From assembly GCA_951406725.2 (NCBI GenBank), contig OX597814.1, positions 218,364,001 through 218,428,000 of the forward strand: a stretch of 64,000 nucleotides of DNA, given 5' to 3'. Shown here in pieces: positions 24,300 to 37,433 of the stretch. Numbering within the stretch: position 1 is the first letter of the stretch; every line of letters starts with the position of its first letter. The DNA is from Octopus vulgaris. Taxonomy: Eukaryota. The notes beneath the pieces were generated by a model. The model searched no databases. It had not been told where the DNA came from and saw only the letters and a list, made by a program, of their open reading frames with translations. A program made the position numbers and the translations under genes.

Positions 24300-26700
24300 A
24301 GCATGAGTGTACGGAAGAGCCACAACTGTGAACCAGAGAAAAGTGGATGTTCCCTGGATGATAGAGGGCAAGGATTTCTGTCTAGTGTTTAGGGTAAGCG
24401 ATGGACAGTTGAATAATGAGCAGTTATAAAAAGATAAGAACCAAATTCGAAAGCGAGATGGAGAGGTGAATTGAAGGAGGTATTTTAATGCAATGGAGGA
24501 AGAGGCGGAGAGCGGGATGCTGCCACTGGCCGCAGTTGTTCAACCAACAAATAAGAAAATGCGATCAGTGCTGAATTTTCTCCATTGGTGGAGAGACCGT
24601 AGACGTGTGTGGGGAGACTTTGAGCGAGTGAAGATAAATGGCAAGGGCTTCTATGATAGCAGATTTGAAGTCAGCCTATCTACAATCTTACATAGTCGAA
24701 AAGTTGAGGACATACAAGCTGGTGAATTATAGGGATAAGATTACTGCCTAGAAGGTTTGGATTTGAACTTAACTTTGTGCCGTAGATCATGGCAGCAATC
24801 TTCAAGATGGTGCCAGGGAAGATGAACAGAGTAAAAGGGCCAATACCTCTGTAGTGACGTCATATTCCAGTGTGCGCACATGCAACGTCATTCTTCAGTG
24901 TGCGTGTGCGGTACGTCCTTCTTCAGTGTGCGTGTGCGGGATTGGAACCTTCTGGAACCTTCTGGAAAGGCATAAGGAAGTTCTCTCGTGCACATGCGCT
25001 AGAGACTGAAGAAGAAATTATATCGCGTTCCTTAATAGCGTCGGGGACTTGAGACACGGCAATAGAAGAGAAAGGACGTATTTTTAAACGTGTGTTCAGC
25101 CTATTCTCCTGTCCCAGACGCTTAGGATTTAACCTGTTCTATTAATGCTGAATTGTTGTAAGAAGCTTACAAACGTTAGAATTCAGCCTTGCTGTGTTGA
25201 ACTAGGTGGATACCAGTATACCATCGTGCTTCATTGTTGAATAAGAGAATAAAGAATTGTATATATTTTTAAACTTGCGTTTCGTTCCTGACTGGTAGTT
25301 TCTAGAAACAAAAAGAAAGGAAATTGTGTTGCACCCAAGTTGCACCCCAAAAGTGTAAAGAAGCAACCAGTTCCCTTTACACCTCCTACGTAGATGATAT
25401 CTTGGTGAACGAGAAAGTGGTGTCGGCAGATGGAGATGTAGGTCATCTGAAGAGGTTAGGGTTGAAAGGAATTTATGGTCGAAGAGCAGCGTTGGGACTG
25501 AGGTTGAGAAAAAGGCAGTTCAGGTGATCTGGTGTTTCAGAGAAGAAATTAGATTCTGGACCTCAACGAACGATCTAAGTCGTCTGGAGCTGTTTTTGCT
25601 GTGTTTGGCAACTGATGGGGACTAGCTTACTGCCGAGGGGTTCCGAATTGCATGCAGCTATGTGAAGAGGAGAACAAGAGGAATGAGCTAGGGATATAAA
25701 GCTGGAGAAAGGACCGTTGAAAATAAGGATATCGTGGAGATAGGGGAAAATAATGATCTAGCGAAAGGAAATCGGTATGTGTCGAAGTCAGAGAAAGGTG
25801 TTGTATGGTGTGATGTTGGTGGCATAACGATGGGAATTGTCCTGGAAATAGGCGCAGAAGATGCCCCTTGACTTAGAAAGACAACTGCAACCTCATCAAT
25901 GTAGCCAAACTTAATGTCGGGTTGAAAGGAGTAAATTTAGTTTTCAAGAGGGATGTGCGTGATCTCCAAATTAGGACTTATTTGGTTATTGATCTTGAGC
26001 GGCATCAGTAGTAAGCAGTGAGAAGAGAATCCAGAGAACGGGAGCTGCTGAGATGCCTAGGGGTAAAGCGATGCCTAGGGGTCTTTGGAGAAGTGATAAA
26101 AGAATTTGATCTGCAGCTGCGAGTAGCTCCTGAGGTCTCAGAGAAAAATAAAGTAGAGATCCTTACTAGGGTGAGGAAAATCTAGGTGGGGCTGTGAGGG
26201 GAATTAAGGAGCGGTATGCCCGCAGCGTGCTACTTGGATGACCTCGAGTTGAAGAGGAATCACAACATGCATCATATAATGGAGTGGGACAGAAATTTAG
26301 TTTTAGCTAGAACGGTTGACCCCGGAGAATGTCCGAAGGTGGTTAGAAACTGTGATAGGTGTCAATCGATCGACTTCACGCCAAGTGTGCATGAGAATAG
26401 AGCAATTCGAGTGAGAAGCAACTGGAAACAGTTGATAGTGGATATGACGCACTCTCAGCCAGGGTTGTATCCCACAATTATTGACTGCAGACCTGGGCGA
26501 GCAGCTATGATGTGGAAGGAGATTAGTGCAGAAGCTGCAGTTGAAATTACGAGAATTCTGAACAAGATATTTTTGGAGAAGGGCCAAGGGGATGAGGTAC
26601 TAACGATCAACAGTACTGTGTTTTGTTCAAAGTCAGAGATAGGCCCTGGACAAGTGGAAGGTCAGACGCTACTTTAAAACCACGTACAGGCTGAGTGGCA
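24300..26700 (+). mobile_element. Decayed Gypsy-like LTR retrotransposon pol (RT and integrase remnants)
   Basis: SYVDDILV (RT catalytic motif), VVQPTNKKMRSVLNF, integrase HH..CDRCQSID..VDMTH..IIDCRPGR; many stops and frameshifts; boundaries approximate. Confidence 0.8.
24850..25381 (+). mobile_element. Solo LTR (532 bp) nested in the Gypsy RT
   Basis: TGTAG...TTACA termini, 4-bp TSD CCTC, AATAAA near 25248. Confidence 0.85.
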
Positions 26701-26864
26701 ACTCATGCAATGACAGGAATTTGAACGAGGAATAGTGAAAGGTAAAGTTTATCTATGTGTGGATGTGTACTCGGGACGTAAAGAATCAGAACTAATACTA
26801 CAGGGTAATGTGTCCATTGCAGTAACGATTCTGCCAATTCCGCTCTTTTGTCTTTAAATAAATG

Positions 26865-27453
26865 GTTTCTAATTTAGGCACAAAACCTGCAATTTTGAGG
26901 GGAAGGGCAATAGTTGATCAATCCTAGTACTTGACTGATACTTTATTTTATCGACCCAGAGAATAAACGTGAGATTTGAACTCAAAACGAAAATATCACA
27001 AGGTATTTGGTGCAATGTTCTAACGATTCTTCAAATTCACCACTCACGTCTTTATATAAATAATCCTTTCTACTAAATTTTGTGGGGAGGGAAGATAGTC
27101 ATTTATATCTACCCAAGTGCTCAACTGGTGCTTAATTTATCAATCTAGGGCGGATGAAGGGCAAAGTCAACCTCAGCAGCGGAATTTGAACGCAGTACTT
27201 AAACCCGGAAGAAATACTGTCAAGCGTTTTGTCCGGCGCACTATCGACTCTGCTAGCTCACCGCCTCCTAGATGAGCTAGCAGAACTGTTACCGCGCCAG
27301 GCAAAACGCTACGAGGCATTTACGTTCTGAGTTCAAATTTCATTGAGGTCGACTTTGCCTTTCATCCTTTCCGGGCCGATAAAATAAGTACGAGTTGAGC
27401 AATGGGGTCGATGTAATCGACTTATCCCCTCCCCCGAAATTGCTGGCCTTGTG
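26865..27453. mobile_element. Cluster of degraded SINE C copies, including a head-to-head pair (27060-27266 minus, 27270-27453 plus)
   Basis: Matches to the C consensus on both strands. Confidence 0.7.
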
Positions 27454-28080
27454 GGGAAGGAGATACGAGAAAGGTAATTTATTTTATAAAATCCTAGAGT
27501 GTATAGCAAACTTTCGTTCTTAAATTTTTTAAGCTAATAAATGTCTGCTCTAAACAATGTTTTGACTGTTGTTTCTAGCAACTCCTGTTGGTTTGTTCGT
27601 AGCTTTTAAATATTTAATTTACTCGCGAATGTTTTCATGTTTTTTCAATGTTTATTGTAGCTAGTTTAATGTTTTGACATGCCGATGCCTCCCCGCCCCC
27701 ATGATGGAAGAGGCAGCAAACGTGCTGTTTTCTGATTGGCTGAAAATTTTGAAAATTATCAAACTTTGAACACCTGTAACATTTTTGCAAAATTCTTCCG
27801 GAATAAATGAATAACGATTTCGGATTCATCGTCAAAAATTACAACGATATGATACATTAAAGATTCAGGTTTTGCGATACAGTATGCTTATGTGCTAAAA
27901 ATCAATATTTAACTATTATTGACGTCATAAGAAGTTATAAACTTCGAGAGAATGTGATATAATCTTTTTAGCTTCAACCCAATATTTACACGCTGTTGTT
28001 TATAGCTTTATATGCTTCGAGATCCACAGTTCCAAAAACAAAAAAAACTATTAACTATATTTGGCAGATTTATTTATTTC

Positions 28081-28118
<38 letters not shown>

Positions 28119-28761
28119 TTTTTCTTTCTTTCTTTTTGTTTCTCTATCTCGTGATCAACATTGCTTCAACATGTACAAAGCTCCGGGAATTTGAAAGAAA
28201 ATTGGACCATGTGGAGAAGAGCAAAGATTTAAGATTCAACTACAAGCAAGACGAAAGAAAACATGAAAAACAAGAAAGAGAAAGGAATGTTGCCATTGTG
28301 ATTACTGAAGAAGAACTGAGATAAGACTGAAGGAAACCGAATATGGGTTTCGAATTTTGGCACAAGGCCAGCAATTTCAGGGGAGGGGATAAGTTTATTA
28401 CACCGACTCCAGTGTTCAACTGGTACTTATTTTATCTTCTTTTAAGTTCTGTTAGATATTGTTAATTCTTGCTTTAACACACTTCCAGTAGCCAAAATCT
28501 TCACCTAAAGACAACAAACAGATTCTTTTCAAAATATGCTCATTTGTTAATATACACCTTCACTTTGGAAACATTTTGTCCGGTATTTCACTTTTGTCTA
28601 AATCTGCTCAATCGAAGAATGGCAGCGAAAATACATCGCTAAGATAGCTTATAGTAGCGAGGTTTCTTGACATTTTTTATCAAATAAAAAAATTGGTAAC
28701 GAGAACTGTTGCTTAATTGCTTTGTTTGTCTGACATTGGTTTTACTAGTATAAACTACATC

Positions 28762-29016
28762 AGGTGCATCTTCTGCGCCTATTTCCAGGACAATTCCCAT
28801 CGTTATGCCACTAACATCACGCCATACAACACCTTTCTCTGACTTCGACTCATACCGATTTCCTTTCACTAGATCATTCTTATTCACTATCTCCACGATA
28901 TCCTTATTTTCAACCGTCCTTTCTCCAGCTTTATATCCCTAGCTAATTCCTCTTGTTCTCCTCTTCACATAGCTGCATGCAATTCGGAACCACTCAGCAG
29001 TAAGCTAGTCCCCATC
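28762..29016 (-). repeat. Inverted copy of Gypsy segment 25614-25866
   Basis: Near-identical reverse complement. Confidence 0.9.
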
Positions 29017-29108
29017 CGTAATGCCATGATGGACCGTGAAGTCTGGCGTAGCATGGTAAATTCCATTGTCTCGACCACGGTCGAACAATGATGACTGATG
29101 ATGATGAC
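29017..29108 (+). mobile_element. Extreme 3' end of an RTE-like LINE
   Basis: Encodes AMMDREVWRSMV, followed by a (TGA)n tail. Confidence 0.6.
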
Positions 29109-31807
29109 ATCTCTATATATTATCTATACAATTCGCAGAAACTTGACGGATAAGAAGGAGTTTCACGCAATCACTAAATGTTGGGAGAATAATCTGTTCT
29201 TTTCGGAATCGCATTGATACGTTTTCGTGATTAATTTATATCTTGTCGAGAAGCTGAGAGGAGGGGGGCAGAGAGAGGTTTTAATATTCATCTTGAAGTT
29301 GAAAACACAAATTGAATTACTAAACAATTTGCTGGAAAATTGCGTTACGTAAGGGAGATAAAAGGAGACGAGTATGCATTGGTCCACCGGATTTTTAGCT
29401 TGTCCTCATTCACTATTTCCGTTTATTGGATGCCAAGGACATTTTCTGTTTGGCTGCCACTTTTCAATTACTTCAATTTTTGTTCCAATTGATTTTAAAT
29501 TTGGTGTATTGGTATACGTCTGTAAAATAATCATTGACATGAAATTCATTTTCGTCATAAATCATTAAATAAAGAGTTAATAGCTTTTAAAGTTTGCAAA
29601 TTTGGGGTAATTTTAGCCAATCGAAAGTCACAGACATAGAGCTGCCTGTTTCCATAGTAACAAGCCAAGCTGTTACAAACTGCTTAACACATGTTCTTTT
29701 TGTCGCTTATTAAATGCTTAAAACATGTGGTATGAGATGTACTAAAAGTAACAGCTAAATAGGCCTTAAATCACGCATGATTTTTTTTTAAAATAAGGGC
29801 ATGAATTCCCTTTTGTGGAATACAAATTCACAAAAATCTTCTGAAAATTCCCAAAATTAGAGTTACGGCAGGATTCCGCCAATATTTCATTTAATTACAG
29901 TTGACAACATGCATAACATTACAGCCTCCAAATCATGCTTTCAAAATGGGTAAAAATGATCAAACTTTAAAGCTCTAACTTTTTTTTTAAAATTTTTCGT
30001 AAAGTGAAGTATTTCCTGAGATTCAGTGTGGAAAAACTACACTAATACATCAAATTTTCAAATTTTCACTAAACTTCAAAATTTCCTTCTCTATTATGTA
30101 TTTTAAAAAATGCTAATTAGCTTTAAAAAAAAACTAGCAGGTCATAGAATATAAATTGACTTGAAAGTTGAATTGATTTCATTTATTCCTCTGCATTCAG
30201 AAGTAACCATTCTACTTTTCTACTGAATAAGTTCATTTTAATTATTACAAATAGCTATTTAAGAAAAAGATTATTTAAATTTTCATTTATGGTTTCCCGC
30301 TTAAATTGTTATTGCTGACAGTGTTAAAGAACGTTTGTGCTTCTTGAAAGTTGCTGCCGGTCAAGCCAATAAATTATGAGACAAATAGATTGCAAAATCT
30401 GAATTTGCATTCCTAAATCTTGTCGAAATCAGTTTTACTTTACATTTTTCTGGGGTTAATAAAATAAGTACCTGCCGAGTACTGACCCAAAATAATCCAT
30501 TATTTTCCATCTCCACCAAAAGGAATATGGCAATATTAGAAATTAAACCCTCTATCAACTAGTTATAAATAGGTTCTGTTTGGATGTACAGGACATTGCA
30601 ATGTATAAAGATTTTCTTAAATATAGCATTTTTTAACAATTCAAATTTTATTTTATAAATATTCCATGAAAATTGAAATTTGAATTTAATAATTACATGT
30701 ATAACACGCATGTATATGATACATATGATCCACAACCACATTAAAACAAATCCCAAACTGAAGAAAACACAAACATGAATTAGACAAAGAAAGGGAAAGA
30801 AGAAAATGAGGAAGGGCGAAAAAACAGCAATTCAACATTAAGTGCTTTAAATTCTGGATAATCCTGTCAACTTTAGAATTGTAGGGATAGTAAAAAGAGC
30901 AAGGGCCCGCTTAATGATTAGGTTTAACTTAGTGTTGACGAGCGAGACAAACCATGAAGATCTGTGGACATCTCAGTACCCCGCACAGGTCGGTCCCCAT
31001 TCTGAGTGCAGTGGAAATACGGAGCTCATCTAGACTGGGTAGATACCAATGTTGGTTACATACAAGGCATTAATCCAGTCCCTGAGAATTTCTTAAATGC
31101 TTCGCAAAAAGAAGAAAAGAAAAGTAACACTCTTTTTAGAATCAATTCATGACGATGAAAATTTTGCGAGGTTGCCAGAATTTCATTTTTTTTTTTTTTT
31201 TTTTGATAATTGCCGAGAATCAGAAACTTGCTCTAAACCCATATGTCATTCAGAAGTAAATCCTGTTTAAAGATCTCACACGAGAAGTCATAAACAGAAT
31301 TGACAGGTGCTAAAAAACTATATATTTGGCAATTTTTTCAGAAACAAACAAACAAGTCCGAGAAAACAATATTGAAATAATCATAAACCATTTGGCATGA
31401 AATCACTCTCTAAAACATTCCAATTTGTTTCCGGAAAACGTAGGACTTCTCTCTGCTTTTCCCGTCCTACTGTAGTGACCTGTGTCCTCGGACAGACTAC
31501 TTTCTGTTACTTCCATTGATGCACTTCCGATTGAGGTATCTCTCTTCTTTTCATCACCAACATGCATAGAAGCCCTGCATTAACCACAACGGCCTTTCCT
31601 TACACCCACAAAACATCGAATCGCTGTAATTCCCATTATGTCCCTTCCTTTTCCTCCTGCAGCATTTCAACCCACCAGTCTCCAAGCGCCTGCAAACGAG
31701 CACAACCCGTTGTTCCAGACCATTCTTATAAATTAAAAAAAACAACAACATCGTAATGAAAAATACGATATTTCTCCTTCGTTAAAATGTAGTGTCCCTA
31801 AAACTTG

Positions 31808-31847
<40 letters not shown>

Positions 31848-31852
31848 CGTCG

Positions 31853-32044
31853 ACTCTTTACTCTTTTACTTGTTTCAGTCATTTGACTGTGGCCATGCTG
31901 GAGCATCGCCTTTAGTCGAGCAAATCGACCCCGGGACTTATTCATTGTAATCCCAGTACTTATTCTATCGGTCTCTTTTGCCGAACCGCTAATGACGGGG
32001 ACGTAAACACACCAGCATCGGTTGTCAAGCAATGCTAGGGGGGA

Positions 32045-32141
<97 letters not shown>

Positions 32142-32292
32142 GACAGGCTTCTTTCAGTTTCCGTCTACCAAATCCACTCACAAGGCATTGGTCGGCCCGG
32201 GGCTATAGCAGAAGACACTTGCCCAAGATGCCACGCAGTGGGACTGAACCCGGGACCATGTGGTTGGTAAGCAAGCTACTTACCAAACAGCC
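31853..32292 (-). mobile_element. SINE A
   Basis: Near full-length match. Confidence 0.9.
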
Positions 32293-32727
32293 GCACAATC
32301 TTCGTATTTTTTTCCTGATATATACCCGCGCCTTTTGTAGGACCGTGCTGCAAGCTCCGATATGTAAGAGTTCCTTGTATGCGGTGCAGTACCTTTTTTT
32401 ATTGTTTAAGTCTTATTTTAAAGACAAAAAACAAAAAATGTCGTAAAATGCGAAAGAAATGAAAATAATAAAATGGAAAAGAAATTCGAGATAGAAAAAA
32501 ACGGTTGGAAAACTGAAAAAGTTGCATATTTCTGAATACACCTCATATGGATTAGTCGAAATACATGCATCTTCGGTGAAATAAGGAATATTAGGTGTTT
32601 GGTGAAGTGGAACGGAATGCTTTCTGATAAATATCTCGGTCATCGGTGCGAAACGTTACGACACACTGAATCTTCTGAGATACTTATTTGATTTCCGAAG
32701 GCTGAGATTCATTATGTCACTTTAGAT

Positions 32728-33916
32728 CAGGTGTTCCCAACCTTATTTTGCTTCTGGACCTCTTATCTTATCACCCGTGAACCTCTAAATGCACAGGTAA
32801 ATTTTTGAAATAAAATATTTGTTTGTAGGTTAGTAAAAACTAAGGATCTTTTGTTTTTGAAGGCCAGATTTTCCTAGTTAACTAAAAAATTTGAAACTTC
32901 GTATACTGGTAGAATGTGTCAAAAGAAAACATTATTGTAAACAAAATTGAAAACAAAATTGTAATTCGTAACTTAAACGTAGTTTAATTTTAAGAATTTT
33001 AACCAATGAAATCGCAGCATTCAAGCTCAAATTATTTACCTCTTCTTCTGTATTCTACATGTGCTAGAAATAACAGCTATATCTCTTAAATCGATTAATT
33101 TCGTCGCCCAATAAAAATATTAACGATATTTTTTGAATATTTTCTTTACTTTTTTTTTTACCGAAAAGGCTTCTCCCATGGTTTTGAAGGGCCAGAAACA
33201 ACAAAAACAAAACGATAATATGCCTAAATCGGTCTCGAGTTTGCGCGTGGAGTGTGAGTCGTATTGTAAAAATTTGCGAAATATTTTTTCATAAAAGGAT
33301 GCCCCCAGCTTGTCGGAAGCTGTGATATAAATTGGGAAAAAAATCCTCGACACCAGTGCGTAATTGGTACTTAATTTATCGACCCCGAAACGATGAAACA
33401 TTGACCCCCCCACTTCTGTGCAAATTTGTTGCGGCAAGTGGCAAAACACAACGTGTATTTTTGCTTGTGTGCGTATGTGTGTGTATGTATATGGCCGTTT
33501 GTATGTGTGTGTACGCTTATATATTAATTACTATGTGCTTGTGCAAATGTGTGTGTGTGTGTCGTGTGTGTCGTGTGTCTGCTATATTTCTTTATCAATA
33601 TCGATAACGCAGCAATGTTGGGATTTCATTGGTTAATATTCGAAGATGTTGGGATTTCATTGGTTAAAATTCTTAAAATTAAACTACGTTTAAGTTACGA
33701 ATTACAATTTTGTTTTCAATTTTGTTTACAATAATGTTTTCTTTTGACACATTCTACCAGTATACGAAGTTTCAAATTTTTTAGTTAACTAGGAAAATCT
33801 GGCCTTCAAAAAGAAACCTCTCCTAGTAAACAAAATTTATATATGGACCCACAAATTAGAAATTTTTATTCGTGGATCCCCTTAAAGCTTCTAATGACCC
33901 CGGTTCGGAACCCCTA
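32728..33916. mobile_element. hAT-type MITE hosting a nested element
   Basis: CAGGTGTTCCCAACC / GGTTCGGAACCCCTA termini; 8-bp TSD CTTTAGAT. Confidence 0.8.
32844..33823. mobile_element. Long-TIR (~175 bp) non-autonomous DNA transposon related to the 7052 MITE
   Basis: 32844-33020 is a near-perfect reverse complement of ~33645-33823; begins GGATCTTTT. Confidence 0.85.
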
Positions 33917-34221
33917 CTTTAGATAATAAAACGTACACAACAAGCTGTTAATCACTAACAATTTCATAAATTCAAACGATCGTTATTTATACACAGATAA
34001 TTTCAGAACCAACAATGCTTTGTTTGCGTCACATCTCTACGGCCAAATGTGAGGAAATATGCTTGGCGAAGAACCAACAATGCTTTGTTAGTGTCACGTC
34101 TCTACGGCCATATGTGATGAAATACGTTTAGCGACTATGATGAACAACTATTTGCGGACATTATACTTTCATGTACCACCACCAATCACCGATTTTGTTT
34201 TGTTCATTACTTTCTTAACAA

Positions 34222-34710
34222 TATATCTCCTCAAAGACATACATCATCTCGAAAGAGTCCAGAAGCTGGCTACCCGCATGGTTCATGGTCTCAAAAATTT
34301 GTCTTATGAAGAAAGGCTGAGGACGCTCGACCTTTATTCTCTAGAAAAACGCCGCCGCCATGGTGATCTCATTCTCGCTCACAACATCATAAGCGGAAAG
34401 TGTAACCTCTCGAAAGAGCTGTTCTTCACTCCTGCTCCAGAGCGTCGGCTGCGGGGTCATTCCGAAAAGCTCTACCTGCGACGATTTCATCTCAATCGAA
34501 GGAGAGGAGCTTTCTCCGTCCGGGTTGCGGATCCGTGGAACAAGCTGCCAGACGAGATGGTGAAGATGCCGACGACCGCTTTGTTCAAAGTCTCCCTTGA
34601 CCTCAAGTGGCCTGAACTCTTTACATGAACACCACCCTGTACTTAACTCCATGTCCCCCTACATGGCCTTGCTATTTGCTTTTTGAGCCAATTTAACTAA
34701 CTAACTAACT
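34222..34710 (+). mobile_element. 5'-truncated CR1-clade LINE (ORF2 C-terminus, 3' UTR, (TAAC)n tail)
   Basis: LERVQKLATRMV..LSYEERL..LYSLEKRR.GDLI..LRGHS.KL..FSVRV..WNKLP, frame intact. Confidence 0.93.
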
Positions 34711-34904
34711 ATATATGTTATTGAAAACGATTACGATTATGTTAAATATTTTTTTAAAAAATTACTCAATAATTCCTTACACAACGAGGAAACTATATTA
34801 TTTTTAATATTATTCATTAGCAACATTAGCAACGGGGGCGGGGATATAATGAAAAAAATGTGCAGTTTAAGTCTATTCTACCATAATACAAATCAAGTGT
34901 TGAA

Positions 34905-35087
34905 GTTTACAACTGATTCAGAAATGACTCAGTGATTGGCTGATGCAATAATGTGTATTATGCAAATAAGTGTATACATAAAAATGTTATAAATACCATA
35001 CATATTATTGCATCAGTACATACACCTGTTTGCGTGGTACACATTATTGCATCAACCAGCCACTGAGTTTTTGAAACAGCTGTAAAG
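34905..35087. mobile_element. Old fold-back MITE
   Basis: ctcagtgattggctgatgcaataatgtgta pairs with tacacattattgcatcaaccagccactgag. Confidence 0.6.
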
Positions 35088-35279
35088 ATATATAAAAAAT
35101 TACATTTTTCATCATTGAATATGAAAGCGTAACAATTGAAGAAACTATGACAAGTAATATTGATTTTTAACCCTAATCAGTTACTGATCCTCTACATAAT
35201 TCAAACGGAGCTACATTCAGGGCCTATAAGAGGGAGGCCTATAAGTTCCAAGTCTTAGTGAGCCTAGCAGGGGCACTCT

Positions 35280-35985
35280 TTCTTTAAAAGAAGAAAAAGA
35301 AACATCCGACAACCCCACTTGGATTCTTACAACCCAGTCTTGTCTCTTTCAGCAGTAAGGATGCCCAAGCGCTACTCATATCAAATAAACATCATTGCAC
35401 CACTCTTCCTTTTAATCATGAAGAGCATTCAGTAAGAGTCCTCAAAATCGCTTCAGTTATTGTTGGGGCTTACTATTACGGAGGATCTCTCCTTACTATA
35501 GATCATGTTGCATTCTAGCCACTGGCCCTTCTCTTCTGAGTCGGAAGATACTTAACCCTACAACAATTATTGAGACCCAAAATGGAGCATTTCTCTCACA
35601 TCTGGAACAGTGCTGCTGAACACACAGACATCCTAGATCGCCTCCAGCGTCTAGCCGACAGGCAAGCTGTCTCCTCTTTCTACTTTTTCTCTCACTAATT
35701 TAAAAGCTTCTACTCTTTCAGATTAGTCGGTTTCATTACCCCCTTTCACGTCGGCACTCATGTCCCACTCACCTCTCACCTCGACGTTGTGTCCACAAGC
35801 CCTTCCCACCACCAAACTCCACAAGGATCACTACGTCCTATTCTTTCACAGAACGTCGGCTCTCTTTTTCAGCTTATGCCTTTCCCAGAGATGTTGACAT
35901 ACAAAGGTTCAAGACGAATATTAATATCAATCTCATGGGTGTATAAAGGCCTTCAAAGAAGCCTTCCCCTTCCCCGAAGTCCAAA
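35280..35985 (+). mobile_element. Highly decayed CR1/L2-like LINE 3' region
   Basis: RPKMEHFSHIW resembles the RPxLEYxSxxW motif; pyrimidine-rich. Confidence 0.5.
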
Positions 35986-35986
35986 A

Positions 35987-36056
<70 letters not shown>

Positions 36057-36525
36057 GGCAAAATAATTAAGATTCAAATGAATTCCAATGAATTCACATG
36101 AATGCGGTACTTAACTTAGATGCACCAGAATTCTTTATGGTATTAACCATAAAATAATGTGGGGTGAAGTGAACCGGTGTGTGACCAACAGCTTTCCTTA
36201 TGTCTCCTGGAATTTATATTTATATCTGCATCTTTATGGATGGATTTACCTTCTATGAGAAGTTAACAATCATTTTAAAAACTTTTTTTTAAAAACTGTG
36301 CATTATTAGGAAACATTTTAAGTCTGCTTATTATCTGGCTTCAAACTCTTAATACTTCATATGGATAGTTACATTCTCTAGGATGTCTGGAAAATATATA
36401 TGTGATTTAGCTGATGAATACTGGACATTGTATTTGCTGCAATATTTGCAGCTTTAAATAAAATGTTCTTAGTACGAAACAATTGTACTAAACTACTAAT
36501 CCATTCTTGTTGCTTTTTTCCTTGG

Positions 36526-36574
<49 letters not shown>

Positions 36575-36577
<3 letters not shown>

Positions 36578-37427
36578 TAATCCCTCGACTATCGCGGGTG
36601 TAACGTTTCCACACCCCCACCTGTGGTAGGTGAAAATCTGCGAAGTAAAAGCAGCAATAATAATATATTTATAATTATTTTTTTTATAATTTGTATATAT
36701 CTATTTTATTATAAATGTAAAACAACAGTACACCGAGTTTCGTTTTCCATACAGTATGTGCCATTCTTTGTTTACTCATCTACGTATTTTCTTTTAATAT
36801 ATTCTAATTAATGTGTTATACAGTGCAGTACTGTACTGTATGTTTATTTATTTATTTATAGTCGTAAAAATGCTTATTTTATCACAGAAATAATTAGAAT
36901 AGGCGCAGGAGTGGCTGTGTGGTAAGTAGCTTGCTAACCAGCCACATGGTTCTGGGTTCAGTCCCACTGCGTGGCATCTTGTGCAAGTGTCTTCTGCTAT
37001 AGCCCCGGGCCGACCAATGCCTTGTGAGTGGATTTGGTAGACGGAAACTGAAAGAAATATGTTTGTGTGCCTGTGTTTGTTCCCCTAGCAATGCTTGACA
37101 ACCGATGCTGGTGTGTTTACGTCCCCGTCACTTAGCGGTACGTCAAAAAGAGACCGATAGAATAAGTACTGGGCTTACAAAAAGAATAAGTCTCAGGGTC
37201 GAGTTGCTCGACTAAAAGGCGATGCTCCAGCATGGCCGCAGTCAAATGACTGAAACAAGTAAAGGAGAAAGGAGAAAGGAGAATCTAAAAAAATATAAAC
37301 ACTTATCGGCCACAGAGACCCGCGATATACTGAGGAGTCCGCGATATAAATTTACATATATTAGCCAGAAAAATCCGCTATGTACTGAACGTGCAATAGG
37401 TAAGCACGATATGGCGAGTGGTTACTT
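36575..37427. mobile_element. Pogo/Tigger-like MITE interrupted by SINE A (36901-37280, +)
   Basis: TA|CAGTAATCCCTCG..TATCGCG left TIR with degenerate right TIR. Confidence 0.7.
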
Positions 37428-37433
37428 TATATA

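Noticed and set aside
26216-26677. 153-aa integrase-like ORF as a domesticated gene
   Set aside because: Degraded catalytic region with frameshifted surroundings; a dead Gypsy fragment.
29350-30095. Possible Kolobok-like or other non-autonomous DNA transposon
   Set aside because: Termini too degenerate to define TIRs or a TSD.
34005-34135. 65-bp two-copy tandem repeat (similar small ones at 7752-7800, 42083-42170, 60248-60303)
   Set aside because: Ordinary local duplications with no further structure.
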